A stretch of DNA of 63,601 nt, filler included, from Octopus bimaculoides (GCF_001194135.2; 5 parts of 4 records of this genome joined end to end with filler, not necessarily neighbours in it), one strand, 5' to 3'; positions 39,355 to 52,271 are shown, counted from the first letter of the whole stretch. Notes: a model not told the origin generated them from the sequence alone. Numbers and translations: made by a program.

Positions 39355-42300
39355 CATCATCATCATCATCATATGTTATGAATAAATTTTATATTTAGAA
39401 TCTATGTCCCTGATACCGGGTCACAACCAATTTCCTTAGATATCAGGGATCTTTCGAACAATCCTTGCTCTTCCTAATTGAACAGATACCTCTATTAACA
39501 CAGTTACTTTGATATGAATAAGGAAACTAACAAGTATATTGATAAGAATACCTAGGACTTCTATAACAACTGGGATTACTTTTGCAGAATCCCTTCACTA
39601 CGTACCTATTTCCCTTGCTAAGTTTTAATATTTTCCTATTTTATTTCTGTTCTTTAACCGCTACTTTCATATCAACATGCGCAATCACATCTATGACGAT
39701 CACTCTTTTGACACCTATCCAAAATGTTAATATCTGGACGTTTTGCTTGAGTTTCATGGTCAGCCTGTATAGTATAGTCCCGTCAAGACTTTAAACTGAT
39801 CATTCTCTGTCACATTCTCCAGTTGGTATCGGTACAATTTTCAGCTTACTTCAAAACTCCTTTTGATGTAATATATCCAAGTGCAATATCTTGGTTACAC
39901 AATCGTGTCTGCGTTTATCTTCTTTCTGAACCAAAGAACTACAAGTATATATTATGTGCAAAACGACCTCATCCTTCTTGTAACACATTCTGCAATGAGT
40001 AGTTTGGGGTGGTCATAATCAACTCGTTCGTTTCTTTCTTGAGTTCTCCCTTCTGTAACTATATCTGTTGCAAATTCCTGAGATGCTGACCGTGGAACTC
40101 TTTTCATCAGACGTTTCTTTCTTGTTCTTGTTTTCTTCTTTTCTTGTATTCTTTTTCACTCTTCACGACCTTCTTTTCTTTTCTGCTACGGAAATCAATG
40201 TTTTCTATACTATTTCTCACATGCTCTTCTACAACATGTTCTGCCATCTCTGCTCAGTCTTCTATCAGTCCTCTCTCTCTTTCTTTTCATGATAAGTATA
40301 ACACATCAACACTGTCTACAGGAGGTAATGGCCTATAATGGTCATTATCCTTTTGGTTTTACAGTCTATAGCTCTTAGTTTTTCTTTAGTTCATTTCGGG
40401 AAAGCATCAGAATATTGTATTAGACACCCCCCACCATGTATTTACTCACCTGGGAGTTTAATCTCTTCTGACTTACTTGAAGACTTTCCCTCTCATTACA
40501 CTAGTTTACAGAGAAAATGAGGCAAACATAAAAAATAGTTGCTCTAGCCTAATTTTGGGATGCTGATGTCAGATATAAAACCAGTTTTCACTCATCACAT
40601 CTAGTTTTTGCGATATACATTATTATGATTTTGCGACAATTCACGTAACCATATATATGATCAATTTTTATTTTGTATTCCAATTTTATTTTGTGATACA
40701 GACGATACATATCTCTACAATGGCTTCAGGAACTTCAGAACACCAAGGATGCATCAACAAGGCAAATTCATTCTGCTAAGTGTGGGGGGATTTCACGACA
40801 GTTGCACAGCGCCGAACAATTATATGAAAACTGCTTACATACATTATTTTGACTGTAAAATTGAAGATCAGGACAAATCCTGGGGCTCACATAGCTGTTG
40901 TAAACCCTGCTACAACGTATTAATTGCATAGTTTATCGGCAAAAAAGCAGCCTTCAACTTTGCTGTCCCAATGGTCTGGAGAGAGCCACGAAGCCATGCA
41001 GATGATTGTTATTTTTGTCTAATAAATATAACAGGTTTCAATACTTCTTCTGGAAACAAGATCAGATATCTCAACCTTCCCTCGGCTATGAGACCTGTTC
41101 CTACTCAGATTATCTCTCCGTCCCTACACTCTCAGTAAATAAGGATCTTCTTGCTTCATTAGATGAAAAAGTGCCTTCAGAAGATTCTGCCAAATCGATC
41201 TCTTCTAAAGACAATGTCTCTGTTTATTCAGGAGTAAGTGGCAATGAGCCCCACTGGATCATGCAGGAAGACCTGAATGACATGCCTGTGATATGTATCT
41301 ATATAAGCAGCAGTCAGAACTCCTGGCATCCAGGTTTAAGCAGTGGAACCTGGTCAAGACAAATGTAAGGATCACCAGCTTCAGGACACAGAACCAGGAC
41401 TTTGCTTCACTCTTCGACATGGAAAACAAGTTGTGCTATTGTACAAATAAATGTTTCTAGCTTGTTCACCTTCCTTGGTTTCTCACACAATTCCTCAGAC
41501 TAGCGTCTTTTCCTAGAGTCTTCCCTGCGAAGTTTGCAGGCTGTGCTCCTGCACAAAGAAAAAATATCCCAGCATTCTCATTGCCAACTCAATCCATCTG
41601 AAAGAATCGTGTGGCAATATGGAGCTTCTTTTGAAAGCTGTCAAGTACAACCAGTACCACATCTAACTTATTTTGACCTGATGTTAGCTCAGTTTTCCAT
41701 TTCACATACTGTTGTGTAAGAGCCGAACAACATTCTCTACTATACCAAATATACTGAGGCATCCTTGGATCTATGAGTGTGGCACGTTATGCCTTTTGGC
41801 AATCAATCCATGCAGTTGTTAAGTTTTTCTTCTTACATTTGACTTCTCGGAAGACTTGTTCATCTATGTGTGCATTGTATTATTCAAGTAATTTAGTTCC
41901 ATCTATGTTCTGTATTTATGTTGTTTTTTCTGCAATATCCCTTTGTAACAGATGAAATAAACACATTATATTTTGAATTTATATGCAATATAATTAAAAT
42001 GGGATATGTGAAAAAACTAGAGGTGATAGAGCAAAACTGTTCAGAAAATTGAAATCACCACATCAAAATTAGTAAAAAAAAAAAAAAACACGCTTATTCA
42101 CATTCTTGGCTCAGAGCAAAAAAAAAAAAAAAAAATTTGTAAGCCAGTGTTATTAATGGAAGGCTGATGCATTTATTTCACATGGATCATCTCTGAAACT
42201 GATATTTGTTTTAGACTTGTTCATCTATGTACTATGGTTGTTTGAGCCCTTAGGCCTTTTCTATAACCTTTCCAGTCTTTTGGCAATAGATCTCCCTTCT

Positions 42301-43700
42301 CAAGATATTTATAGGTATCGTTTGTAATAACACCTGTCAACAACTTCCATATCTGTAGTTACTTGCTATATTTCCTTTCTTTTGACCTTTCACTATCAAC
42401 ACCGCCCTGCCTTTCGTCATATATTCGGGGACATCACCTGTATCAATGCTTAGTTGCGTGCTTATTTTATCATGAAGAGCAGAGAAACTTATTAGTCAAA
42501 TTCCTTGGACTAATATAGTCCAGGAGATTTCCAGTTTGACATCCTTTTCAAGATAAATTTCAGCTTTTCTCCTGTGATCTCTGTGTTCCTTTGTTTTGGC
42601 CAAACTTGCGTTATTTGTCTTTATATTTTTAACCACTCTGCATTACCGTTGTGCTTCACTTCTTGGGTCCAAATGTCTCCCCAGAATTGCTTTGTGTCTA
42701 CCATGTTAGATGGTCCATTTACTGTAACATCTCCGTTTAGTTCCTTGCAAAATCTACTTTGATCTGTTTCGAACAATTCATATTGTCTAAAGTGTTCAAT
42801 TCTATCGTTGTATCTCTTGATCTTGGCAGCTTTTGCTTTTATCTTTTGTTTTAATTCTTCTATTACTCTCCTATATCCTTTTTATTTCAGTCAGTACATT
42901 CTTTGGATTGCTTCAGGGAATCTAAGTTTTTATCTTATTCCTGTTGCCCAGACTCTCTATTCTGCGAGGTCTTTTCGCAACTGGTTTACCTGTCCCTGCA
43001 ATCGCCTTTTCTACCTGGGTACTCTTTCTTTCTTTTAAAGTTATGATATTTTTCACTCCAAGTCCTTCTGTTACTATCACTGCTGCAGCTTACATTAAGT
43101 TGTTGATCATTATAATACCATTATTTGTTATCTTGTTCAAAACATGACTAACTATCTGCGCCTTTTTGATTGTTGGGTTTTCCATTATATATTTTTTTTT
43201 GATGGTAATCTTTTTCTTTCATCTGACTTGATAATATCATGTAATCTACTAGCAATGAAGAACTCTTCATAAGAAAAGTTGTTCTGATTCTTTGTGCATA
43301 GTCAGCAGCCTCACAATACTGAACTTCCATGTCTCTGGTTTCAGTGTCATTGACATCCACTATACATATATCAATCAGCCTTTCTTAATTTTTGGTCTCA
43401 CTTGGTCACTCAATTTCTGTCAGGTTATATCAAACATTCCCTTTTCGAACCGTATCTCTCTTATTCTCTCCATATAGCCAAATCTGCAAGGTTCACTTCG
43501 GATGTAACATTCCAGCACAGTTGCATTCAGTCTGCTCTAGTCGAACTTTCCTCTTTTCTTTTGTCTGCAGTAGCTAGATTGACGACCAAGAATTATCTTG
43601 CTGTGCAAAAGGATACTTCATAGTTATCAGTTCCAACCTCATTCACGCCGTTATTTAATACATTTCATTTGACATTTTCGCTCATATTGTAGGTTATAGT
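39310..43700 (-). mobile_element. Near full-length decayed R4/Dong-like element copy A, interrupted by Chapaev3
   Basis: NATVLECYIRSEP..GY, KIKRYNDRIEHFRQYELFETDQSRF, FWGDIW, MSNWKSPG, VPEYMTKGRAVLI..GNIASNYR, VDVLYLS*KERERGL, CRMCYKKDEVVLHIIYTC..RRHD (CCHC), DYTIQADHETQAKRPDI, VIPVVIEVLG; GGTTGTGACCCGG tail running into an (ATG)n tract at 39311-39372. Confidence 0.9.
40499..42149 (+). mobile_element. Chapaev3-type (CMC) DNA transposon, internally deleted, with TTA TSD
   Basis: Ends CACTAGTTTACA... / ...TGTAAGCCAGTG; TTA on both sides (40496-40498, 42150-42152); transposase motifs CINKANSFC*VCG, YFDCKIEDQDKSW..HSCC, FAVPMVWREPRSHADDCYFCL, YLNLPSAMRPVP, AVLLH. Confidence 0.9.
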
Positions 43701-43822
43701 GATGATATGACATAACCACTGGTGTTTTTTTGAGGTACCATCTGTGGAGGTGTTGCAAGGCGGAAGAGAACCACTACCAATTAAAAAGACTCAACATCGC
43801 CAGACACCAATCCGGCACTTCA

Positions 43823-43873
43823 TTGTTGTTGTTGTTGTTCTTCTTGTTCTTGTTCTTGTTCTTGTTCTTATTT

Positions 43874-43905
<32 letters not shown>

Positions 43906-44250
43906 CTTCTTCTTCTTCTTCTTCTTCTTCTTCTTCTTCTTCTTCTTCTTCTTCTTCTTCTTCTTCTTCTTCTTCTTCTTCTTCTTCTTCTTCTTCTTCT
44001 TCTTCTTGAGTGAGATAGCAGTGCATCAAAGTGACACCTGGGTAAAATATACGAAGCCCATTATACCCATCATGACTACCCGTCTGATAAGGGTACACCA
44101 GGCACGTGCATCATAACCATATGTGCGTAACATGGTGATCTCATATCAAGATTAATAACGCATGACCTTGTAGGCGGGGCCCAGTTAGAATACTCTTCAG
44201 GTCGAGTAGCTCATCCCGCTTAAAAGGTCCTTGAATAACGGTTGTTTGAA
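43823..44250 (-). mobile_element. Retroposon 3' region ending in a compound (AAG)n/(AAC)n tail
   Basis: Complex sequence 44009-44250 abuts a ~185-nt (CTT)n/(GTT)n tract; family not determined. Confidence 0.5.
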
Positions 44251-44289
44251 GATGTTGAGCCACGTTCTTCGTATTTATACAATCTCTGG

Positions 44290-44690
44290 AGGTTCCCATG
44301 TTTTCTTTTTATGATTCAGTTTTTCGAACGAGCGAACGGGACATCTTCTTCAATTTTAATAGAATGCTTGATTATAGAAAGGATCTTCAATTTGATGTTA
44401 TTGTCCTTAATCTTTAGATTAATGCCGGGATGGTTGTTGCATGTCTCTTTTCAGATTGTTTTTAGGTAGACAGCCGGTAGGTGGATCTAAATTTAAGTTT
44501 TCTTTTCCGGGATCCTATATAACGTTTTGTCTCTGCCTGTCCTTGTTAAAATTTGTCGGTACTGGTGCTTCGTAAACAATATAGGACGTTTAGAATTATC
44601 TTTGTATGTGCACAGGCATCGGTTCCTTACTGCTATAGACTTTACATTGAGTAGGGTTGGGGCATGAATATATAATTTTAATTGTGTGGC
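44290..44690 (-). mobile_element. Penelope-like GIY-YIG endonuclease remnant
   Basis: Frameshifted CLC..IVYEA..TKRYIGS..LKFR..KDNNIK..RRCPVRSFEKL. Confidence 0.7.
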
Positions 44691-44826
44691 TATTAAGTAT
44701 CTACTATATATATATACATATATATANNNNNNNNNNNNNNNNNNNNNNNNNNNNNNNNNNNNNNNNNNNNTTAATTAATTAANNNNNNNNNNNNNNNNNN
44801 NNNNNNNNNNNNNNNNNNNNNNNNNN

Positions 44827-44900
<74 letters not shown>

Positions 44901-45769
44901 TGTATGTATGTGTGTATGTATGTATAAGAGAGAGTGAGATAGAGAGAGAGAGGGAGGAGAGAGAAAGAGATAGACATTCTCCAAAGTAACTTGCTTGATA
45001 ATTAGGTTCATTGTAACAGGAAGGAATATGTGCTAATTATGATTAAATACTTAAAAATCATCATTCAGTCGCGCTGCTTGCACTGATTTATCGTCTCTGA
45101 TGTCATCCAGTTTTATTATAAATCTGAACTAGTATTTCGGGTCATAATGAATCTTCTATTAGCTCATTACATAACCATGGATGCGTTGCAGTTACTCGTT
45201 TGCTAGAATTTGGTGATCATGAGTGTTAAGCTAGGATTCTTGAGCTCAGCATCAATATAAGAATTACATTGAGCTCATTTGAGCTCTTCTGCTGCCTCTT
45301 CACACTCCGCCATGCTGCAATTCCATGACTTCACTGTATCCTTATCGGACTGACTGAACTGCTGTCGTGCCTTGTCAAAAGAGACAGCCTGTATTTTTTC
45401 CGGGCACGATCGTCCATAGGTGATGTACTTCCAAAGTAAATATCAGGAAATTGTTTCTAAGTTCTATGAAAAATTACGTTGACACAAGAAAATCAGTAAG
45501 GTTGATCAGTTTGAAATAGAATTATACACTATACTAGGAATCTTTAAGAGATACTATATTTAGGAGCGAATATGTAAGGAATGAGTGACATGAAATTAAT
45601 TTATTATTGAAATAAGTGAATGGTTTTCTTTGAATGAAGATTGTCTGTACTCGATGAATAAATAACGCCTGAAATTATAATAGAATCAGAGGAAAATTAT
45701 ACTTTTTATTTTACCTTGAGACTTAAAGTTTTAAATGATTAGAACTGCATGTAATACACGGTAGTATCT

Positions 45770-45813
45770 TTTCATATAATGCTGTTCCCTAGAGGGAACA
45801 GCATAATATGAAA
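45770..45813. repeat. Hairpin of 20 bp plus one mismatch, 2-nt spacer
   Basis: TTTCATAT-A-ATGCTGTTCCCT-AG-AGGGAACAGCAT-A-ATATGAAA. Confidence 0.9.
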
Positions 45814-46851
45814 CGACATAATATGTAACAACTTAAATAATAAAATTGAAAAAATGGAAAACAAGGGAGTAAACGTTATAGGTTAAAATATATACACACT
45901 CTGAAGCTATTGTCGAACCATTTAATCTGTATTTCAATGAATATAGCGTCAGATTTCCACTATCTATGGAATCCTTTCATATAATTTTACGAAAACTAAG
46001 TCTTGTTTACGATATACAAATTGACAGTACTTGGACGTGCAAATAACAGTAATTATCATTTCAAATTTTTGCCACAAGGGCATCTTAGGGAGGTGAGGAA
46101 GTGTCGATTACATCGGCCCCAGTGTTCAACTGGTACTTATTTTATCGAGCTCAAATAGATGAAATGCAAAGTCAACCTCGGCGGAATTTGAATTCAGAAC
46201 GTAGCGACAGGCGAAATACCGTTATGCATTTCGTCCAGCGTGCCAAAGATTCTGCCAGCTGTCCGCCTTTAAAATAGCGGTAATAATGACTGACAAGTTT
46301 TGTATTGTACGTTACATTTATAAGTGGAATACACATAAGTATTATTCTAGATGTAATCCTAGGCCTAACAGAAATTGTATTTTGTTGTGCTCTATATGCA
46401 TCTACTTATTCTTCCAATAACTAATTTTGCTTTTTTCCGGTGAGAAACATCAATAGAGTTGTCATTTGGAACCGATGGGCGACTACATATACACATCTAG
46501 ATAGAGAAAACAAATACACGTTATGCGCGCATAAAAACACGCACAAACACAGATAAGAAACAAGGATGGGCAAGAAATCTAAGAAATTATGTACAGAAAT
46601 TTTTAATATATGCCGGTACTTGAATTATGTAGTCTTGCATGGTTCCAAAGGAAATTAGTTAGCACGCTGTTATATTTGGCTCTGCGGAAAATTATTTCTA
46701 CTAAAATCTGTCAGGTAGCCATTGAAAGTAAGAATCTAATGTAATAGCATTGTTATGAGTACTGCTACTAAATTGTGATCCATCTTTCTGTGTGCATATA
46801 TGTATGCACGCACTCATATGCATACACTCACACTCGTTCACATCTCTCTCA

Positions 46852-46904
<53 letters not shown>

Positions 46905-47439
46905 NNNNNNNNNNNNNNNNNNNNNNNNNNNNNNNNNNNNNNNNNNNNNNNNNNNNNNNNNNNNTATATATATATATATATATATATACGTATATGTATA
47001 TATATATATAACCATATATGTATATATATATATATATATATATGTGTATATGTATATATATATAACCATATATATATACATACGCATACATTTACACACA
47101 CATATGTACATATATATATACACACACGTATATATATATATATATATGCCGAATTAAATTATATAATCTGCATCTATAAAGAGGAAAGGATGCAGCCAAA
47201 TCTAAGAGCGATGGTATTGCAGTACTTATTACGAATTATATTGCAACTATTTAAAGTATTGGAATCTCTGCAATTTTCCTTATATAATTTTATGCAGTTG
47301 CCTTGCAATTAATCCAAACCTATGGTATTTAAATATCGGATGCATTCTAATTCACTATTAGATTTCTCAGAGTCCCGTATGTGTGTGTGTGTGTGTGTGT
47401 GTGTATACATTTGTATATATCTATATGTATACATTAATA

Positions 47440-47481
<42 letters not shown>

Positions 47482-47744
47482 CGTGTGTGTGTGTGTGTGT
47501 GTGTGTGCGTGCGTGTGTGTGTGCGTGTGTGTGCATGTATATATGTGTGTGTGCACATATTTTATATAGGGCCTTACCATTGCGTAGGTGTTAAATATCC
47601 AGTGTAATATGCTGCTAATTATGTTTTTTTGCTTTGTTTTCTAAAAACATTTAGAAAGGTCTTTTATAGGTATTGTATAGTAATCGGGATAACTTGCGAA
47701 GTGACACATCATGTTATCTTTCTCGTGAAAAGTCAAGAACTTAC

Positions 47745-47786
47745 GATCTTTAAAGAGTCAAAATGTTGGAACAAAGTGTCAGCAGA
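47745..47786 (-). CDS. Candidate 42-nt phase 0-0 coding exon of an unidentified gene
   Basis: Acceptor GTTCTTTATTTTTATTTCGTCTCCAG|, donor |GTAAGT; only one frame open: SADTLFQHFDSLKI. Confidence 0.35.
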
Positions 47787-48999
47787 CTGGAGACGAAATA
47801 AAAATAAAGAACGACAAGCCATAAATAACCTCTAGAAGTATTAATAATAATTAATATGAGTTAGTGACAGCTCTCATGCTGACTTCTTTTCAAATATTTT
47901 ATCTTAATGTGAGTTGCTATTGATTAAAAAAAAAATAGTGCTACATTCGACAAACGTTAGATATTTCCTTCAGAAAATTAAGAAGCCTCACACAAGGAAT
48001 TAATGAAAAAAAAATCAGAGAGAAAGACGATGTTGTTACTATGAGAAAGATGCAAAATAATAGAAGAATGATGAAAAATCTATATTTGTTTTTTCTTTGG
48101 CATTGTTTGACAGATTGTATATGCAATAAGAGCAAACATAAAAATAAAGCACAAAAGCAGCAATAAATGCCACAACAGTAACATCAACGAGAAGAAATAA
48201 CATAGTGATAACAATACCATTAATGTCAATAAAAATGGTTATAATTACATTGTATACAAAGCGATTGTCGGAGTCGCTAAAAGAGGTACTTGTCCATTTT
48301 GACTAAGAAACAAATTATTTGGAAAAGCGATTGATTTGTTTTTATGACTGGATGCGTCAAGTAGTTGCAGCTCTTTTAATGTGTTGTTCTGATAATGAGA
48401 CTCTCTGCTATTTTGCAATTTATGTTGGCTTTCACTGAAAGATTGAGTAGCTGTCTGACATCTATTTAAGAGTAGTCTAGTAATTTACTGTCTAGATAAC
48501 ATCGCCCAAAGTCCAGATATTATTATATACGATGTTCATAACTATCTTTAAATATTTTTGATCAAGTGCCCAGATCACTAGACTGTTTAATAAAGGTATA
48601 TATTTTAATTAGATTAGGTGGTTAACACCTTCATATGTTTAAGAATATATACTTTTCATCTTATTAGATACACGAGTTCATAGTAATTCAGAATTGTAAT
48701 AGTTATTGTAGTACGAATAAAAGCAGCTTATTATTTTCAATAGTGACAATAACAATGTCTTCAGTGAATTGAAAACCAGAGTAGAATTATCCTTTCTTTT
48801 CATCGGTCTATCTGGCAATTTATTGATATATAAACACCTCACATATTTGGATAAGTATTGTGGTAACATATACTGCTTAAATAGTGGAACTGCAGATACA
48901 ATATCCTTACATATCTCAGGTCTGTTTTCATTCTTCCACTTCACTCTGTATTTCATATCTTCTCTGTAATAACTATTGCTTAACCATTTTCTCGCACTT

Positions 49000-49045
49000 T
49001 CTCTGATGAAGGGATATATAAAATATCCCGGAAACAGCTGTAAGA
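49000..49045 (+). ncRNA. Minimal type I hammerhead motif, canonical CUGAUGA core
   Basis: TCT-CTGATGA-A-GGGATAT[ATAAA]ATATCCC-G-GAA-ACAGCTGT-A-AGA: 7-bp stem II, palindromic stem III ACAGCTGT, GUA triplet. Confidence 0.8.
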
Positions 49046-49107
49046 CCTTCTCTTTATAAATGTTCTGAAATCTTTTACAGCCTTGTATTCTTTATGTCAT
49101 TCTGTTA

Positions 49108-49168
<61 letters not shown>

Positions 49169-49299
49169 AATTCGAGGAAGTTATATTCTCATTAGGGATT
49201 ATATAATCCAAGATGGAGAAATCATTATCAAAGACTGCTGAACGGGGAGAATGAATGGGAGGAGAAGAGCCTGCTAGATATTGATCCAGTAGAGGGACT

Positions 49300-50200
49300 A
49301 ACTATCCGAATAGATAGCTCCGTGGTAAATAAAGCAATTAAGGGTATGACGTCACGAAAAGTACCCGGCCCATCAGGAATCAGTGCTGAGATGCTTAAAA
49401 CATCTGGTGGTGTGAGCTATGGCCTAGAGACCCGCAATGTAAATCAGGTAATTCATGATGGAGTCATACCCAGTGACTGGCGTAGCAGCACCATAGTCAA
49501 CTGTTACAAGGTTAAAGATGACAGAAATAACTACAGGGGTATCAAACTGCTGGATCAGGTGATGAAGGTCATGGAGAGGGTCATAGTCCAACTAATTAGA
49601 GAATCAACTTAGATGAAATGCAGTTCGGTTTTGTGCCAGGTAGAAGCAGCACTGATGCTATATTCCTGGTGCGGCAACTGCAGGAGAAATACCTAGTAAA
49701 AGATAAATTCCTATACTTAGCTTTTCTGGACTTTGACAGTGTCTCCCGATCCCTTATCTGGTGGGCAATGCGGAAACAGAGAGGCCGTTAGTAAGGTTAG
49801 GATTGGCAATGAGTACATTGAAGTTTTCCAGGTAGAATTAGGGGTCCATCAAGGATTAACCCGGCGTCTCCTTTTATTCATCATAATCCTCCAGGCAATA
49901 ACAGAAGAATTCAAGACAGGTTACCTTTGGGATCTCCTCTATGGTGATGACCAGAACTAGAGAAGAAATTTCAGGTGTGGCAGCAAGGTTTAGAATCGAA
50001 AAGCCTTAGAATCAATGTTGCAAAGACCAACGTTCTAGGAACTAAGTAGGAAGGCGAACACATCACACACCCCTTCAGGTAGGTGGCCGTAGAAAAGGTG
50101 TAGGAAAAAAAACTGTAGAAAAGGTGTAAGTAGAAACTCCATAAGATGTACCCATGTAAGATATGTACACATAAGGGGTGCAGCAACATCAAACTCCCTC
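49300..50200 (+). mobile_element. RTE LINE RT region, decayed
   Basis: KAIKGMTSRKVPGPSGISAEMLK, IPSDWRSSTIVNCYK, NYRGIKLLDQVMKVMERV, QFGFVPGRSSTDAIFLVRQLQEK, GVHQG, LLYGDD. Confidence 0.92.
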
Positions 50201-50240
50201 ATTAACCAAATGCCACAAATCACAGGAGGTTTCAACTGCC

Positions 50241-50372
50241 ATGAAAATCCACTATCACATATAGAAAAATTAATAATTAAAAGCACAATAAATGAGTATA
50301 ATATAATACAAAGTAAATATCACAAGATAAAGATAATATTATCTTTTTCTATATGTGATAGTGGATTTTCAT
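50241..50372. repeat. Perfect 29-bp inverted repeat with 74-nt AT-rich spacer
   Basis: ATGAAAATCCACTATCACATATAGAAAAA (50241-50269) and its exact reverse complement (50344-50372). Confidence 0.92.
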
Positions 50373-50514
50373 CGACGAGTTCATGAAACTTGGTTCTTTT
50401 CCTTAAAACTATATATTTATATATATATTAATATGTAAAGGTCAATTTAATTTAAATTTTTTATAAATTGATTTTTATTGAGTTTTTACCTGTAATTTTA
50501 GATTTTGTCCCTAA

Positions 50515-50564
<50 letters not shown>

Positions 50565-51496
50565 NNNNNNNNNNNNNNNNNNNNNNNNNNNNNNNNNNNN
50601 NNNNNNNNNNNNNNNNNNNNNNNNNNNNNNNNNNNNNNNNNNNNNNNNNNNNNNNNNNNNNNNNNNNNNNNNNNNNNNNNNNNNNNNNNNNNNNNNNNNN
50701 NNNNNNNNNNNNNNNNNNNNNNNNNNNNNNNNNNNNNNNNNNNNNNNNNNNNNNNNNNNNNNNNNNNNNNNNNNNNNNNNNNNNNNNNNNNNNNNNNNNN
50801 NNNNNNNNNNNNNNNNNNNNNNNNNNNNNNNNNNNNNNNNNNNNNNNNNNNNNNNNNNNNNNNNNNNNNNNNNNNNNNNNNNNNNNNNNNNNNNNNNNNN
50901 NNNNNNNNNNNNNTATATAGAGCATGAACGTAAGAGGTGACGAAAAAACTTCCGGACAGTTAGACGATACAAAGAAAGACAGGAAAAAGCAAGGACGGGT
51001 CATTGGAAGCTTTCTATCGTCAGTTGAGTTCCAGATCATCTCTGCCGTTTCGGTTGGTTACACTCAAGACTGCTCCAATATGGCCGCCCCCAAGAAAATC
51101 TAAGCTAAGAGCACTAGATTCTTTGGAAGAAAGCAAGACAATGTATACGAAAACAAAGGCGAAAGGAACGGAGAAAAAGTACGCAATTACAAATACAAAC
51201 AAGTCATTAACAACAGGCGTGCGTGGAGTGAAGCCTTACGGTGGAAACATAGGAGATGAACGTCATGGGAAAGAATATAAGAGATGCTAAACGGATGGAA
51301 GTCGAACCAAGAAAGAAAGGTTAGGCTTGGCAGAACACTGGTCACTTGGAAGGACAGGAAAGAGGTAGAGGGAAGAGTAATTAAAGAATTAGAGAGTGAC
51401 GAGTAAGTGAGAAAAAGAAAATTGGAAAGAACGAAGAAAGTGTGAAGGGTGCTAAATGAAAGAGTAAAAGAGTAAAGCAGTCGTACAGAATTTAAA

Positions 51497-51538
<42 letters not shown>

Positions 51539-51623
51539 ACAATTGCAGCGTGGAAGGTGTTTATAAGCCATTTAAAATAACACACAAAAGCCGTCAGATT
51601 CACTTCAACATTTAAATTTAATT

Positions 51624-51670
51624 TTTCATAATATTTTCGTCGATTTGAGACCACGACCTGTTCACTGACA
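51624..51670 (-). ncRNA. Minimal type I hammerhead-like motif with G3:C8 swapped core
   Basis: Minus strand TGTCA-GTGAACA-G-GTCG[TGGTCTCAAAT]CGAC-GAA-AATATT-A-TGAAA: stem I 4/5 pairs, stem II 4 bp, palindromic stem III AATATT, UUA triplet. Confidence 0.65.
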
Positions 51671-52233
51671 AAATNNNNNNNNNNNNNNNNNNNNNNNNNN
51701 NNNNNNNNNNNNNNNNNNNNNNNNNNNNNNNNNNNNNNNNNNNNNNNNNNNNNNNNNNNNNNNNNNNNNNNNNNNNNNNNNNNNNNNNNNNNNNNNNNNN
51801 NNNNNNNNNNNNNNNNNNNNNNNNNNNNNNNNNNNNNNNNNNNNNNNNNNNNNNNNNNNNNNNNNNNNNNNNNNNNNNNNNNNNNNNNNNNNNNNNNNNN
51901 NNNNNNNNNNNNNNNNNNNNNNNNNNNNNNNNNNNNNNNNNNNNNNNNNNNNNNNNNNNNNNNNNNNNNNNNNNNNNNNNNNNNNNNNNNNNNNNNNNNN
52001 NNNNNNNNNNNNNNNNNNNNNNNNNNNNNNNNNNNNNNNNNNNNNNNNNNNNNNNNNNNNNNNNNNNNNNNNNNNNNNNNNNNNNNNNNNNNNNNNNNNN
52101 NNNNNNNNNNNNNNNNNNNNNNNNNNNNNNNNNNNNNNNNNNNNNNNNNNNNNNNNNNNNNNNNNNNNNNNNNNNNNNNNNNNNNNNNNNNNNNNNNNNN
52201 NNNNNNNNNNNNNNNNNNNNNNNNNNNNNNNNN

Positions 52234-52271
<38 letters not shown>

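Noticed and set aside
43730-44116. Poly-Phe, poly-Leu and poly-Glu/Gln ORFs
   Set aside because: (CTT)n/(GTT)n microsatellite tail
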